A stretch of DNA of 64,000 nt, from assembly GCA_963701295.1 (NCBI GenBank), contig OY969585.1, positions 1-64,000 of the forward strand, given 5' to 3'. Numbering within the stretch: position 1 is the stretch's first letter; each line of letters begins with the position of its first letter. Below are positions 30,293 to 40,782 of this stretch, in pieces. The translations under genes were made by a program, and so were the position numbers. The DNA comes from Ignavibacteriota bacterium. Lineage in GTDB: Bacteria; Bacteroidota; Ignavibacteria; UBA10030. The notes under the pieces were generated by a model. It was not told the DNA's origin. It did no database searches and was given only the letters and a program-made list of their open reading frames with translations.

Positions 30293-30706
30293 ATGATAAA
30301 GCCATCGACTATTTGCTTCAGTCTTTTGATTATGTTGTTCCCCAGCGTCTTATTGCAACATCAGCCGACGCGAGTTATTTCTGGCAAGGGTGTGTTTATC
30401 TTTGGGCCTTCGCTAGCCGAAGCTGATACATTGAGTTCCGACGAATCAGAAGCACTCAACGATTTTGCATATTATAGTAACAAAATTGCGATATTTGTGA
30501 GAGCCGAAGGTATTAAGTGCGAATACATCTCAGCCCGACAAATCAAAGTTCAATATGCTACAGTAAAAATATTCATTGTCAATCGAGATTCCATCGAATT
30601 TGGTACGATTCTCACTGATGGCATGAAAGAACCTCTGCTGCTCAAATATGTTTTGACTGACACTGATCTTGATGAGAAGTGCAAAGAATACTTCCACATC
30701 AAGTAG
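30293..30706 (+). CDS. Hypothetical exported protein
   Basis: 137-aa ORF with hydrophobic N-terminus directly after a GTTAGGC core site. Confidence 0.7.
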   Translation: MIKPSTICFSLLIMLFPSVLLQHQPTRVISGKGVFIFGPSLAEADTLSSDESEALNDFAYYSNKIAIFVRAEGIKCEYISARQIKVQYATVKIFIVNRDSIEFGTILTDGMKEPLLLKYVLTDTDLDEKCKEYFHIK

Positions 30707-30711
30707 CCGCT

Positions 30712-31027
30712 GTTTGATTAAACGCTCAAGTCCCGATAAACAACATCGGGATGTAAAAAAAACGACGAAACGAGTATTCGTACGTCTTGTATGGCGAGTA
30801 TAGGTAAAAAGAATGAACTATAACAAAGAACCACACTTCGCGTGTTACAGGAACGGAAGAATATCTGTGTAGCTTTTGTTATCCCGCATAGCGGGATAAC
30901 ATTTATACGCAGACTCCGACTGTTTAGCACACTTTGATAGTTTTTCAGTACGGCAGTCCCGCTGTACGGGATCCTCGATTCGACTCTTTTAGTCGAATCA
31001 AGACTTAGCGCTCATCCGCAAGGTAGG
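30712..31027 (+). mobile_element. Long degenerate attC-like element with nested hairpins
   Basis: Left CGCTCAAGTC pairs with right GACTT-AGCG (one extrahelical base), followed by CTCATCCGCAAGGT; interior holds several TCCCG..CGGGA palindromes. Confidence 0.5.
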
Positions 31028-31076
31028 CAGAAAAAAACTACAACTTTATCAATGTAAATTAAAAGCGAGAGGACCT

Positions 31077-31781
31077 ATGAAAGCAATACTCTATTGCTGT
31101 ATGATTCTATTTATGTTTTCATGTACCGTAAACGCACAAGATAGTACAAGTAATGCAAAAATAGATTCCGTGCTTTATTATCAAAAGAAGATGTTAAATC
31201 AACAAGAAAAAATATACAATGAGGTTGTGCGTTATAAAGAACCGCTGGAGAATAAAAAATTTGGTATCGAGATCAATCCGGCATATATGCTGCTCAGCAG
31301 CGCCCGTTCATATTTTGTGTTAAGCGGAGGATTTTCTTTCTTCAATATAGATCGACACGCAGAAATTGCGTGTCCGATTTTTTATCAAAACGGAGCCGGT
31401 AATAACTCAGGGGTTCATGAATTGACATTGTGGAATCAAGATATAGTATATCGAAAATTTTTAGGGCAGCATCAGGACGGATTTTATCTAGAGGGAGGTT
31501 TACGCTATACGCATATCAAAGGAGAATCTAACGATGGTGTTTCCATACTGGGAGTAAGTTTATTTTCAACATACCCTCCTTCAATAATAACCACGGATAA
31601 GCTCGGAGGGATGTTTGGTATCGGGTACAGGTATTTTTCAGTGTCAGGGTTTTATTGGGGAACAAGTCTTGTGGTAGGGGCATATTTTTCTGCTGATGAA
31701 AGAACGATACAAGGGATAATATTGGATGATACAAGAACCATATTTGATTTCGAAATATTGAAATTTGGTTATTCGTTCTAA
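31077..31781 (+). CDS. Hypothetical exported protein, probable outer-membrane beta-barrel
   Basis: Signal peptide ending VNA-Q, alternating beta-strand pattern, C-terminal KFGYSF; GAGAGG RBS. Confidence 0.75.
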   Translation: MKAILYCCMILFMFSCTVNAQDSTSNAKIDSVLYYQKKMLNQQEKIYNEVVRYKEPLENKKFGIEINPAYMLLSSARSYFVLSGGFSFFNIDRHAEIACPIFYQNGAGNNSGVHELTLWNQDIVYRKFLGQHQDGFYLEGGLRYTHIKGESNDGVSILGVSLFSTYPPSIITTDKLGGMFGIGYRYFSVSGFYWGTSLVVGAYFSADERTIQGIILDDTRTIFDFEILKFGYSF

Positions 31782-31785
31782 CTAC

Positions 31786-31879
31786 GCCCTAACATAGGCT
31801 CAAGTCCCACTATTAATATTTCTAATGTAGCGCGATAGCGCTTATGTCGCTCACTCGGCTTGTCCGGAAAAATGCATTA
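31786..31879 (+). repeat. attC-like left arm plus cassette-junction repeat copy 4
   Basis: GCCCTAAC-ATAGGC-TCAAGTCCC just after the stop; GTCGCTCACTCGGCTTGTCCGGAAAAATGCATTA at 31846-31879. Confidence 0.75.
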
Positions 31880-31995
31880 CAGCCGGAGATTTGAGAATGT
31901 AATTGCAAGAGATGCAAAACGACTTTATAATATGTAAATTCATGGCAAATATAAGCGTATTGAATGAACTATTAAAAAAGGAAAAGAACCTCTAT

Positions 31996-32697
31996 ATGAA
32001 GCTGCTAACAAATAAATGGGCACTTGTGACAGGCTCCAGCAGGGGTATCGGCCAGCAAATCGCGATTGGCCTTGCCCAGCGTAAATGCAACGTCATCGTG
32101 CATGGACGTATGGAAAGTCACACCGCAGAAACTCTAAAGCGGCTGAAAACCTATACTGTCCAAACTCATGCCGTCACAGGCGATTTGGAAAACGCGAAGA
32201 ACGTTGAAGCCATCATCCAGGAAGTTAAGTCAAGTCCTGGTTCGGTGGATATTCTCTACAACAATGCTGCCATCCAAAATAAGTGGAAACCCATCTGGGA
32301 GATTAGCATAGACGAGTGGCTTCAGTCCTTCCAGATCAATCTCTTTGCTATGGTGGCACTGTGCAATGCCTTTGCGCCTGAGATGAAACGTCGTGGATAC
32401 GGACGCATTATCAACCTGACCTCCGGCATCAAGGATATTCCGCAGTTAGCACCTTATAGTGTCTCGAAGGCCGCTGTAGATAAATACAGCCGTGATCTGG
32501 CAGCGGAATTACGGGGTACGAATGTGCTGGTGAATTACTTAGATCCAGGTTGGTTGAAAACAGACTTGGGCGGGCCGAATGGGGAAAATGCGGTCGAGGC
32601 GGTATTACCGGGAGCGTTAGTGCCTGCTTTGTTGGAAGATCATGGGCCAAGCGGGCGGTTCTATGCAGCGCAAGATTACAAAGTTCTGGAGTACTAA
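31996..32697 (+). CDS. SDR family NAD(P)-dependent oxidoreductase
   Basis: ALVTGSSRGIG, LYNNAA, catalytic YSVSK, DPGWLKTD; probable ATG at 31996. Confidence 0.92.
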   Translation: MKLLTNKWALVTGSSRGIGQQIAIGLAQRKCNVIVHGRMESHTAETLKRLKTYTVQTHAVTGDLENAKNVEAIIQEVKSSPGSVDILYNNAAIQNKWKPIWEISIDEWLQSFQINLFAMVALCNAFAPEMKRRGYGRIINLTSGIKDIPQLAPYSVSKAAVDKYSRDLAAELRGTNVLVNYLDPGWLKTDLGGPNGENAVEAVLPGALVPALLEDHGPSGRFYAAQDYKVLEY

Positions 32698-32825
32698 CGG
32701 AACGAGCGCCCACCAACATTTGGAAGTAAATTTTGTGAAAAGGTTAGAGTAACGTCCGACTCGCAGTCAGACCTATTTGAGATTATCTTTTACAAATTCA
32801 TCCTGCTACAAACAGAGCTCTACAC

Positions 32826-33575
32826 TCACTTCAGCTTCGCTAAGAGAAATTCCCGATTGAGCCGCGCAATGTGTATCACGGAAATTCCCTTCGGACATTC
32901 GGCTTCACACACATAATTGTTGGAACAGTTTCCAAATCCCTCTTTGTCCATTTGAGCAACCATTTTCTGGACTCGCTCTTTACGTTCCGGTTGACCTTGC
33001 GGGAGCAATGCAAATTGCGATACTTTAGCTGCAACAAATAGCATGGCAGAGGAATTCGGACATGCCGCTACACACGCTCCGCATCCGATGCATGCTGCTG
33101 CATCCATTGCTTCTTCAGCGTTCTCCTTAGGCACCGGAGTGGAATTCGCGTCCGGCACACCTCCGGTTCGCACTGAAATAAATCCTCCTGCTTGCATAAT
33201 CCTGTCAAACGCCGTTCTATCCACAATAAGATCTTTGATAACCGGGAATGGATTTGCGCGCCATGGTTCGACGGTGATTGTCTGCCCATCGGTGAAGCTT
33301 CGCATCCGCACATCACAGGTTGCCTGCTTGCGACCTTTACCGTGTGCGCGGCCGTTGATCATCATCCCGCAGCTCCCGCAAATGCCCTCACGGCAATCAT
33401 GATCGAATGCAACCGGTTCTTGATCTCCTATCACTAATTGGTCATTCAGCACATCCAACATCTCCAGGAATGATGCATCCGGTGAAATATTCTTCACCTC
33501 ATACGTTTCAAAATTCCCCGCAAAGTTCTGATTCTTCTGACGCCAAATTTTTAATATAAAATTCATGCTCATCAT
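32826..33575 (-). CDS. sdhB: Succinate dehydrogenase/fumarate reductase iron-sulfur subunit
   Basis: [35 protein letters not shown]. Confidence 0.96.
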   Translation of the reverse strand: MMSMNFILKIWRQKNQNFAGNFETYEVKNISPDASFLEMLDVLNDQLVIGDQEPVAFDHDCREGICGSCGMMINGRAHGKGRKQATCDVRMRSFTDGQTITVEPWRANPFPVIKDLIVDRTAFDRIMQAGGFISVRTGGVPDANSTPVPKENAEEAMDAAACIGCGACVAACPNSSAMLFVAAKVSQFALLPQGQPERKERVQKMVAQMDKEGFGNCSNNYVCEAECPKGISVIHIARLNREFLLAKLK

Positions 33576-33578
33576 TCC

Positions 33579-35492
33579 TCATTTATAGCTGCGTTCCGAG
33601 GGCTTCACATATTCAAACGTAAGCGGTTCTTTGTTCAACTTCGGTTTTTTGCCGTCGCCTGTAAATTCCCACGCCGCTGCGTATGCAAATTTTTTATCAT
33701 TCCGAAGCGCTTCACCTTCCGGTGTTTGACACTCTTCTCGGAAATGCCCTCCGCATGATTCTTTCCGCTGCAATGCATCGAATGTTAATAGTTCCGCCAA
33801 CTCCAGAAAATCAGCGATGCGTCCAGCTTTTTCCAATTCGATGCTGAGATTATCAGAATTACCAACAACTTTTGCATCCTTCCAGAATTCTTCCTGAATT
33901 TCCGGAATCAACTTCAATGCTTTCTTCAATCCTTTCTCATTTCGCCCCATCCCGACAAAATCCCACAAGACCTTGCCAAGCTTCTTGTGAATTTCATTGA
34001 CAGGTTGTTTACCATTGATGGCGAGAAGTTTTTCCACTCGCTCAGCAATGCTCTTATTTGCCTTCTCGAACTCCGAATGATTGGTCGCAAGAGACGAAAA
34101 TTTAGTCTTTGCAAGATAATCACTCATCGTATAAGGCAGAATGAAATACCCATCCGCCAAGCCTTGCATCAGGGCGCTGGCGCCGAGTCGATTTGCACCA
34201 TGATCGGAAAAGTTTGCTTCCCCGATAACAAACAAACCCGGAATCGTGCTCATCAAATTGTAGTCGACCCACAATCCACCCATAGTATAATGGACGGCGG
34301 GATAGATGCGCATGGGATCTGCATAGGGATTTTCGGCAGTGATTTCATGATACATATCAAAGAGGTTGCCGTACTTCTCTTCAATCCAATGTTTTCCGTT
34401 TCTCTTGATTGCATCAGCAAAATCGAGGTACACTGCCATCTTTGTCTTCCCGACACCAAGACCTTTGTCGCATATTTCTTTCGCGCGGCGAGAAGCAACA
34501 TCGCGCGGCACTAAATTTCCAAATGAAGGATAGAGGCGTTCGAGATAATAATCGCGTTCATTTTCCGGAATCTGCGATGGTGTGCGTGAGTCTCCTGATT
34601 TCTTCGGCACCCAGATGCGCCCATCGTTGCGAAGGCTTTCGCTCATAAGAGTCAACTTAGATTGATAATCACCGCTCACCGGAATGCATGTGGGATGAAT
34701 TTGCGTGAAACACGGATTCGCAAACAACGCACCTTTCTTATATGCACGCCAGATGGCTGTAGCATTGCTCGCCTTCGCCATTGTGGAGAGATAAAAAGTG
34801 TTTCCGTACCCGCCAGTTGCAAGCACGATTGCATCCGCAACATATGACTCGATTACCCCAGTTCTCAAATTTCGACAGATGATACCGCGTGCCATTCCAT
34901 CAACAACAACCAACTCCATCATCTCCCGCCGGTCAAAGAATTTTACGGCACCTGCACCAATCTGACGGCTTAAAGCGGAATATGCGCCAAGCAACAGTTG
35001 CTGGCCTGTTTGCCCGCGCGAATAAAATGTCCGGGATACTTGAGCGCCGCCGAAAGAACGCATGTCGAGATACCCGGCATAGTCACGAGCAAAAGGCACG
35101 CCTTGTGCAACGCACTGGTCGATGATGCTTCCGCTCACTTCCGCAAGCCTGTACACATTCGCTTCTCGCGCTCGGTAGTCTCCGCCTTTTAATGTATCGT
35201 AAAACAAACGATAGACGCTATCGCCGTCGTTTGCGTAATTCTTCGGTGCGTTGATACCACCCTGGGCCGCAATACTGTGCGCACGCCGCGGTGATTCATG
35301 GTAAGATAATGCAATCACCTTATAACCAAGCTCTGCCAATGAAGCCGCTGCAGAAGCTCCAGCTAAACCGGTTCCAACTACTATAATAGAATACTTACGC
35401 CGATTTGATGGATTGACTAATTTCATATTGAAACGATGATTGGACCATTTTTTTTCGATGGGCCCATCGGGAATTTTGGAGTCAAGCGTCAT
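33579..35492 (-). CDS. sdhA: Succinate dehydrogenase/fumarate reductase flavoprotein subunit
   Basis: [38 protein letters not shown]; ATG at 35492. Confidence 0.96.
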   Translation of the reverse strand: MTLDSKIPDGPIEKKWSNHRFNMKLVNPSNRRKYSIIVVGTGLAGASAAASLAELGYKVIALSYHESPRRAHSIAAQGGINAPKNYANDGDSVYRLFYDTLKGGDYRAREANVYRLAEVSGSIIDQCVAQGVPFARDYAGYLDMRSFGGAQVSRTFYSRGQTGQQLLLGAYSALSRQIGAGAVKFFDRREMMELVVVDGMARGIICRNLRTGVIESYVADAIVLATGGYGNTFYLSTMAKASNATAIWRAYKKGALFANPCFTQIHPTCIPVSGDYQSKLTLMSESLRNDGRIWVPKKSGDSRTPSQIPENERDYYLERLYPSFGNLVPRDVASRRAKEICDKGLGVGKTKMAVYLDFADAIKRNGKHWIEEKYGNLFDMYHEITAENPYADPMRIYPAVHYTMGGLWVDYNLMSTIPGLFVIGEANFSDHGANRLGASALMQGLADGYFILPYTMSDYLAKTKFSSLATNHSEFEKANKSIAERVEKLLAINGKQPVNEIHKKLGKVLWDFVGMGRNEKGLKKALKLIPEIQEEFWKDAKVVGNSDNLSIELEKAGRIADFLELAELLTFDALQRKESCGGHFREECQTPEGEALRNDKKFAYAAAWEFTGDGKKPKLNKEPLTFEYVKPSERSYK

Positions 35493-35494
35493 AG

Positions 35495-36193
35495 TCAATG
35501 AATCCCCATAATCACGGTAGATGCAGCTTGGTGGAAGAAAAAGAAATAAATCGGAATGGCGGCAAAACCGAGTGGAATCAGACACCAAACGATACATGCT
35601 AAGAGATCAAGAAATGGAGCGTATGTTTTATTTCGCAGTCCGAGTGTCTGGAATGCTGATTGGAATCCATGCCGCAAGTGGTACCCAAGCAAAAAGAGAG
35701 CAATAAGATACAAAGCAACATACCAAGGGTTTGCAAAGGCATCAACAATGAGTTTGTATGATGAGATCTTTTCTCCCTCAAAACGAGAAGGATATAATGG
35801 GATAAAAAAAGATCGAAGGTGAATGACAAGAAAGCAAAAGATTATACTTCCAGTCCAAATCATAGTACGAGAAGAAAGTGTTGCATTATCTTTCGATCGA
35901 AAGAGTTTGTACTTGATTGGACGCTTCATCTTATTTGTGAGCCATAATGTAGCACCGAGAAATGCATGACCAACAATCGAGAGAAAAAGGAATATCTCGA
36001 TAGTTAGAACAACGGGGTTATGGACAAGGAATTCGCCGTATGCTTCGAACGTTTTTCCATTGTCGTGAAATAGGACGAGCAGGAGATTGCCGATGAGATG
36101 TTCCGTCAGAAATACAATCAGGAACAAACCGGTGAGACTCATCAAGACTTTCTTGCCGATAGACGAGTAATAAAAGGCAAAGATGTTGTTCAT
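35495..36193 (-). CDS. sdhC: Succinate dehydrogenase cytochrome b subunit
   Basis: SSIGKK.LM..TGLFL, five TMs with conserved His, [14 protein letters not shown]. Confidence 0.94.
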   Translation of the reverse strand: MNNIFAFYYSSIGKKVLMSLTGLFLIVFLTEHLIGNLLLVLFHDNGKTFEAYGEFLVHNPVVLTIEIFLFLSIVGHAFLGATLWLTNKMKRPIKYKLFRSKDNATLSSRTMIWTGSIIFCFLVIHLRSFFIPLYPSRFEGEKISSYKLIVDAFANPWYVALYLIALFLLGYHLRHGFQSAFQTLGLRNKTYAPFLDLLACIVWCLIPLGFAAIPIYFFFFHQAASTVIMGIH

Positions 36194-36392
36194 AGAATTC
36201 TTAATGTATGGTTTAACAACAGTGCTCGTCGATGAGTGTTCATTTACACTACTATATCATACGGTTTTTTCACTGTTGAGAGTGTAGGGAAGATTTTTAG
36301 AAAAAGCAATGATTTTACTATGGGCTATGGCAAAAGTATTTCTAAACGAATATACCATCCACTGATGATGGAGCGGTTCTTCCACACGACTT

Positions 36393-37271
36393 TTAACTGC
36401 CGACTCCCTCACTAATAAAACGGCGGACAGAAATCATACTTCCGAACAACCCAAGTACACAACCGACCCCAACAATGATGCTATAGTAGTATGGTTGAAC
36501 ATGGACAAATTCTGAAAGAGAGACGGTAAGCCACTGCTCCAGATAGTTGAAGAGCACAAATACGATGGCTGCTGCAATCAATCCGCCAAGCAGACCTTGA
36601 AGAAATCCTTCCAGTAAAAACGGCAGCCGAATGAAACCGCGCGTGGCGCCGATAAGCTTCATTGTCTGTATAATTTTACGCTTAGCATAAATAGCAAGGC
36701 GGATAGTGTTTGCAACAAGAATAACAGAGGAAAGGGTGATAAAGATACCTACGCCAAGCGTGATCCAGAGAAACAGCATGGCGCGTTCGTCCAGCATTTC
36801 CAATAATTGCTTGCGGTAGATAACATCATCTACACCTTTGAGAGATTTTACTTGTTGAACGATACTCTCTGCATGTTTGGCGGTTTTGTAACCTTCTTTC
36901 AGGAATATTTTAAGCGATGCCGGCAGCGGATTGAAGTTCAATATTTTATATATGTCTTCGCCGAATTCCTGCTGAAATATTTTTGCCGCTTCTTCTTTTG
37001 AAACAAAATGTACTTCGCGTACACCGTCCAGCATTTCTATTAAGCCCTTTACTTCGGTAATTTTATCAGAAGAGAGTTGATCGTTCAGAAATGCTTCCAT
37101 CTCTACTTTCTCTCTGAGGGAGTTTACGACATTATTAGCATTGAGAAAGAGAATCGCAAAAAAACTCAGCAGCAACAAGGACACGCAGATAGTGAAGACT
37201 GCGGAGAACATCGATAACTTCGCGCGTTTGAATCCTGAGAATCCTTCTCTTAACACATATCGTAGTTGCAT
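36393..37271 (-). CDS. ftsX: Cell division permease FtsX
   Basis: FVSKEEAA, NPLPAS, NTIRLAIYAKR..I..MKLIGAT..FIRLPFLLEG. Confidence 0.94.
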   Translation of the reverse strand: MQLRYVLREGFSGFKRAKLSMFSAVFTICVSLLLLSFFAILFLNANNVVNSLREKVEMEAFLNDQLSSDKITEVKGLIEMLDGVREVHFVSKEEAAKIFQQEFGEDIYKILNFNPLPASLKIFLKEGYKTAKHAESIVQQVKSLKGVDDVIYRKQLLEMLDERAMLFLWITLGVGIFITLSSVILVANTIRLAIYAKRKIIQTMKLIGATRGFIRLPFLLEGFLQGLLGGLIAAAIVFVLFNYLEQWLTVSLSEFVHVQPYYYSIIVGVGCVLGLFGSMISVRRFISEGVGS

Positions 37272-37278
37272 AGCTCTC

Positions 37279-38133
37279 TTATGTACTCTGCTGTGAATCG
37301 CGACCACTTTCGAATGGGCGATAACTACCCAGCACTCGCACTAATGTGCACATTTCTTTCAAGTGATTCAATGCCCGACGAAGCGGATCGCTGTTCGGCG
37401 TTCCTTCAACATCGAGGTAGAAAAGATATTCCCATGGCTTTCCGATGAGTGGACGCGATTCGACTTTTAGTAAATTGATGTCGCGAAGAGCAAATACGGC
37501 CAATGCTTTGAAGAGCGAACCTGGAATATTCTTTGCAGCAAAGACGAGTGATGTCTTTACCGTGCCGTGGAGCTGAATCGGTGTGCGTGAAAGCGCTATG
37601 AAGCGTGTGAAATTACGATGATCACTTTCTACATTCCGCTTCAGTATGTGCAGTGCGTGGGTCTGGGCAGCTTGTTCGCTTGCGAGAGCGGCAGCGTCAT
37701 GCTGCCGACGTTCACGGATAAACCGCGCCGCTGCTGCGGTATCGTGCACCGCTTCTACTTTTACTTTCTTTAGTTTACCGAGGAAATTTTCGCACTGACC
37801 AATCGCCTGCAACTGAGAATAGATTGTGCGAATATTGCTCTGTTTAGTCTCCGGAAGTGCCATCAAATGCAGTTCTATGCGGAGTTTCACTTCACCGATG
37901 ATAAAGAGCTTGTGCTTCAGGAGAAGATCATATACCTGATGGATACTTCCGAAAAGCGAGTTTTCAATCGGGACGATACAACGACCTGCGGTGCGTCGTT
38001 CAGTATCAGTAAAGACCTCAGAGAAAGTTGGCAACGGTTTCAATGCAGAATGTGTACCGAAGAATTGCCGTGCTGCCTGTTCACTGAATGACCCCGATTC
38101 ACCTTGATATGCAATCATAGGTTGTCTTTTCAT
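37279..38133 (-). CDS. pheA: Prephenate dehydratase
   Basis: IAYQGESGSFSE, VPIENS, NFTRF, INLLKVESRP, WEYLFYLD, VLGSY. Confidence 0.95.
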   Translation of the reverse strand: MKRQPMIAYQGESGSFSEQAARQFFGTHSALKPLPTFSEVFTDTERRTAGRCIVPIENSLFGSIHQVYDLLLKHKLFIIGEVKLRIELHLMALPETKQSNIRTIYSQLQAIGQCENFLGKLKKVKVEAVHDTAAAARFIRERRQHDAAALASEQAAQTHALHILKRNVESDHRNFTRFIALSRTPIQLHGTVKTSLVFAAKNIPGSLFKALAVFALRDINLLKVESRPLIGKPWEYLFYLDVEGTPNSDPLRRALNHLKEMCTLVRVLGSYRPFESGRDSQQST

Positions 38134-38134
38134 C

Positions 38135-38650
38135 TTAGTGATTTGAATCATCATGCCATCGGACAATCATCCAGGGATATTGCGTTCCCTGGCGCGCCAA
38201 TTGAAGGCTTGCATATCCATCAACACGAACAATATCGCTCGCATTAAATGTCACCGTAAGATTAAATCCCCGGCTTATGGAAGCATCTGTAGTGTAAGAA
38301 TCTATAGATGATGAATCAATAATGTTATTCCACACGAGATCCAAACGCTCAACGCTCTGAAAGAGTCCATATGTAGTTCGCATTTCCTCATCTCTTCCCC
38401 ATGAAATTTCAGCGCCACCGCGGTCATAGTCAGGATAAAGAAATATAAAGTTGCCATTGATGAGTTGTCCATAGATTGACGTGTCCCGAAATGTATAAGC
38501 ATATTTGAAATTCTGAAACACGCCATCGGGATTTTTCTGGTCACTCAAGAGCGACGATGTTTCTCCAGAAGAATCATCCAATCCCGGTGCAAATGGATTA
38601 CAAGAAATAAGTGCAAAACAAAACGGTATGAAAATGATGATATATCTCAT
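38135..38650 (-). CDS. Hypothetical lipoprotein
   Basis: Lipobox LISC-NPFAP; F..AY...D...Y...I...F.F and W.I..W.D pattern. Confidence 0.8.
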   Translation of the reverse strand: MRYIIIFIPFCFALISCNPFAPGLDDSSGETSSLLSDQKNPDGVFQNFKYAYTFRDTSIYGQLINGNFIFLYPDYDRGGAEISWGRDEEMRTTYGLFQSVERLDLVWNNIIDSSSIDSYTTDASISRGFNLTVTFNASDIVRVDGYASLQLARQGTQYPWMIVRWHDDSNH

Positions 38651-38743
38651 AACGCAAAAACGGTCGATTATCAGTTTTCAATAATCCATAATAAGGCATC
38701 AACACTTAACCATGCGTATTCAATTGACAATTTCTTCCTCCCC

Positions 38744-39331
38744 CTAATTAACGAACGAACCCTTCAAATCGCTCCAAGTCGAATCAGAAGGATTTAATTC
38801 ATAATCTGTCCAACGACGAATGTACCAACTTCCTTTCAGTGGGTCGCGAACAAGAGCAAACTGTGCCTGTCCTTTGTACACCTTCACCGGACCACCTGGT
38901 ACTGTATTCGGAACATTTAATAAATACGTTTGCACGAACTCACACGAATCCAAATAGTTCGTTGATGCGATTGTCGTAAACTCTAATGATACTTTTGAAT
39001 TTTTTGGAAGGCTGCCTATTACATTTTTAAAATATTCTTCTTCCTTCGCCTTATTCCAATCAATCAATTCCCCATAGCTTTGAAGTGCTTTGCCGCTTGC
39101 TACAAAAGTGAACGATGAATCAGAAATAGTCTGAGAATAATTGAATGCATCAGCCTCCTGAAACGCATAGATCATATTTTGAAAAACAAGTGAAGCATCT
39201 GTTGCTGTTACATTGCTCGAACTCGCTTGCGTGGGAGCGGGAGCTTCTGCTGTTCTCGTCTTAAACAAATTACAGGACGCCACACAAAAACACAGCACAA
39301 AGCCAATCACCACGATCACTTTTCTCGGCAT
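38744..39331 (-). CDS. Hypothetical lipoprotein, similar pattern to its neighbour
   Basis: Lipobox VASC-NLFKTR; VFQN..YAF, WYIRRWTD. Confidence 0.78.
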   Translation of the reverse strand: MPRKVIVVIGFVLCFCVASCNLFKTRTAEAPAPTQASSSNVTATDASLVFQNMIYAFQEADAFNYSQTISDSSFTFVASGKALQSYGELIDWNKAKEEEYFKNVIGSLPKNSKVSLEFTTIASTNYLDSCEFVQTYLLNVPNTVPGGPVKVYKGQAQFALVRDPLKGSWYIRRWTDYELNPSDSTWSDLKGSFVN

Positions 39332-39341
39332 CAGAACTCCT

Positions 39342-39941
39342 TTACACTGCAATACGACCTTCCAACGCTCTGGAGAGTGTTGCTTCGTCTGCAAATTCAA
39401 GATCAGAACCCACAGGTAAACCCCGCGCTATGCGCGTAATTTTCATACCCAACGGTTTCAACAAACGGGAAAGATACAGCGTGGTCGCTTCACCTTCCAC
39501 GTTAGGGTTCAGCGCCAGAATTACTTCCTCAATCGTTGCATTGGAAAAACGCTGGAGCAATTCTTTGATCTTCAGATCATCCGGACCAACACCATCAAGC
39601 GGTGAAAGCGCACCGCCAAGTACGTGATACAGACCTTTGAATTCGTGTGTCTTTTCGATTGCAATCACGTCGTGTGGTTCTTCCACAACGCAAATGAATG
39701 ATCGCTCACGTTTCGTATTAGAACAGATTGCGCACGGATCAGATTCCGTGATATTGGAACACACAGAGCAGTATCGAACCTTGTCTTTGACATTCACCAA
39801 TGCTTTTGCCAACGTAACGACTTCATCGCGCGACATCTTCAATACATACAGCGCAAGACGATACGCTGTCTTCCTTCCGATTCCTGGAAGCTGAGCGAAT
39901 TGTTCTGCGAGTTGTTCAACTGATTCGGCGGTATAAAACAT
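39342..39941 (-). CDS. recR: Recombination mediator RecR
   Basis: [18 protein letters not shown] zinc finger, [21 protein letters not shown]. Confidence 0.97.
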   Translation of the reverse strand: MFYTAESVEQLAEQFAQLPGIGRKTAYRLALYVLKMSRDEVVTLAKALVNVKDKVRYCSVCSNITESDPCAICSNTKRERSFICVVEEPHDVIAIEKTHEFKGLYHVLGGALSPLDGVGPDDLKIKELLQRFSNATIEEVILALNPNVEGEATTLYLSRLLKPLGMKITRIARGLPVGSDLEFADEATLSRALEGRIAV

Positions 39942-39960
39942 AAAATTTCTCTTGTGAGAA

Positions 39961-40305
39961 TTATAAACCGGGGAGTTTCATACCGGGAATGTTCGGCATC
40001 ATCCCGCCTGTCACTTTCTGCATTTCCTCCGCTGCCATTGCAGTTGAACGTTCCAACGCTTGATTCACTGCTGCGAGCACTAAGTCTTCTAGCATCTCTT
40101 TTTCATCCGGATTGATAACTTCTTTCTCGACTTCAATCTTCACAATGTGCTGTTTACCATTTGCCGCGACCTTTACCATGCCTCCTCCGGACTCAGCAGT
40201 CACAACTTTGTTCTCTAATTCTGCTTGTACCATGTCCATCTTTTCCTGCATTTTCTGTACTTGCTTCATCATCTGTTGCATATTCGGCATACCACCTTTG
40301 AACAT
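39961..40305 (-). CDS. ybaB: YbaB/EbfC nucleoid-associated protein
   Basis: [32 protein letters not shown]; adjacent to recR. Confidence 0.96.
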   Translation of the reverse strand: MFKGGMPNMQQMMKQVQKMQEKMDMVQAELENKVVTAESGGGMVKVAANGKQHIVKIEVEKEVINPDEKEMLEDLVLAAVNQALERSTAMAAEEMQKVTGGMMPNIPGMKLPGL

Positions 40306-40348
40306 TCTCAACTCTCCTCAATTCTCTATTTAATAAATTTTATAAGGT

Positions 40349-40430
40349 AATATACCCTGAAATAGAAGGAAAGTCAACGAACGGAATATTCCCATCCCTT
40401 CTTGACTTTCGGGAGAATTGCAGATATATT
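40349..40430. promoter_or_regulatory. Divergent sigma70-type promoters (ybaB-recR on minus; toward tRNA-Asn on plus)
   Basis: Minus TTGACT-17-TATATT (40349-40377); plus TTGACT-17-TATATT (40402-40430). Confidence 0.6.
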
Positions 40431-40486
40431 TATTGAAAGCTCATCAGGTACGGTGAGCTTTTCAGTTGATATTCTGCTCACGAGAT

Positions 40487-40617
40487 AGACCTTGGGAGAT
40501 ATTTTTTATTAAAAAGTATCCGACAAAAAAAGATGCAACTCTCGCAGAACGAAAAGTGAAGTCATGGAAAACCGAGAAATGATTAGTAAATTGGTGCGCG
40601 GAGAAATTCAAATTTAG
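40487..40617 (+). pseudogene. C-terminal remnant of a small GIY-YIG nuclease
   Basis: RPWEIFFIKKYPTKKDATLAERKVKSWK/NREMISKLVRGEIQI* with a frameshift. Confidence 0.65.
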
Positions 40618-40630
40618 CCGTTCACAAAAT

Positions 40631-40705
40631 TCCGCGATAGCTCAATGGTGGAGCATCCGGCTGTTAACCGGAGGGTTGTAGGTTCGAGTCCTACTCGCGG
40701 AGCCA
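40631..40705 (+). tRNA. tRNA-Asn (GTT)
   Basis: TCCGCGATAGCTCAATGGTGGAGC-A-TCCGG-CTGTTAA-CCGGA-GGGTT-GTAGGTTCGAGTCCTAC-TCGCGGA-G-CCA cloverleaf. Confidence 0.97.
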
Positions 40706-40782
40706 TTTAATATAAAAACTCGACGCTTGAGATTTCCTTTTAGACATCTAACTAAAATCCTCGCCTTCCTCGTTTCTACGTA

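Noticed and set aside
28843-31879. The four 26-34 bp repeats as a CRISPR array
   Set aside because: Spacing is 380-2170 bp with whole genes in between, and no cas genes are present
40631-40705. Prophage or integrative element at tRNA-Asn
   Set aside because: No integrase, phage genes or duplicated tRNA 3' end seen in the window
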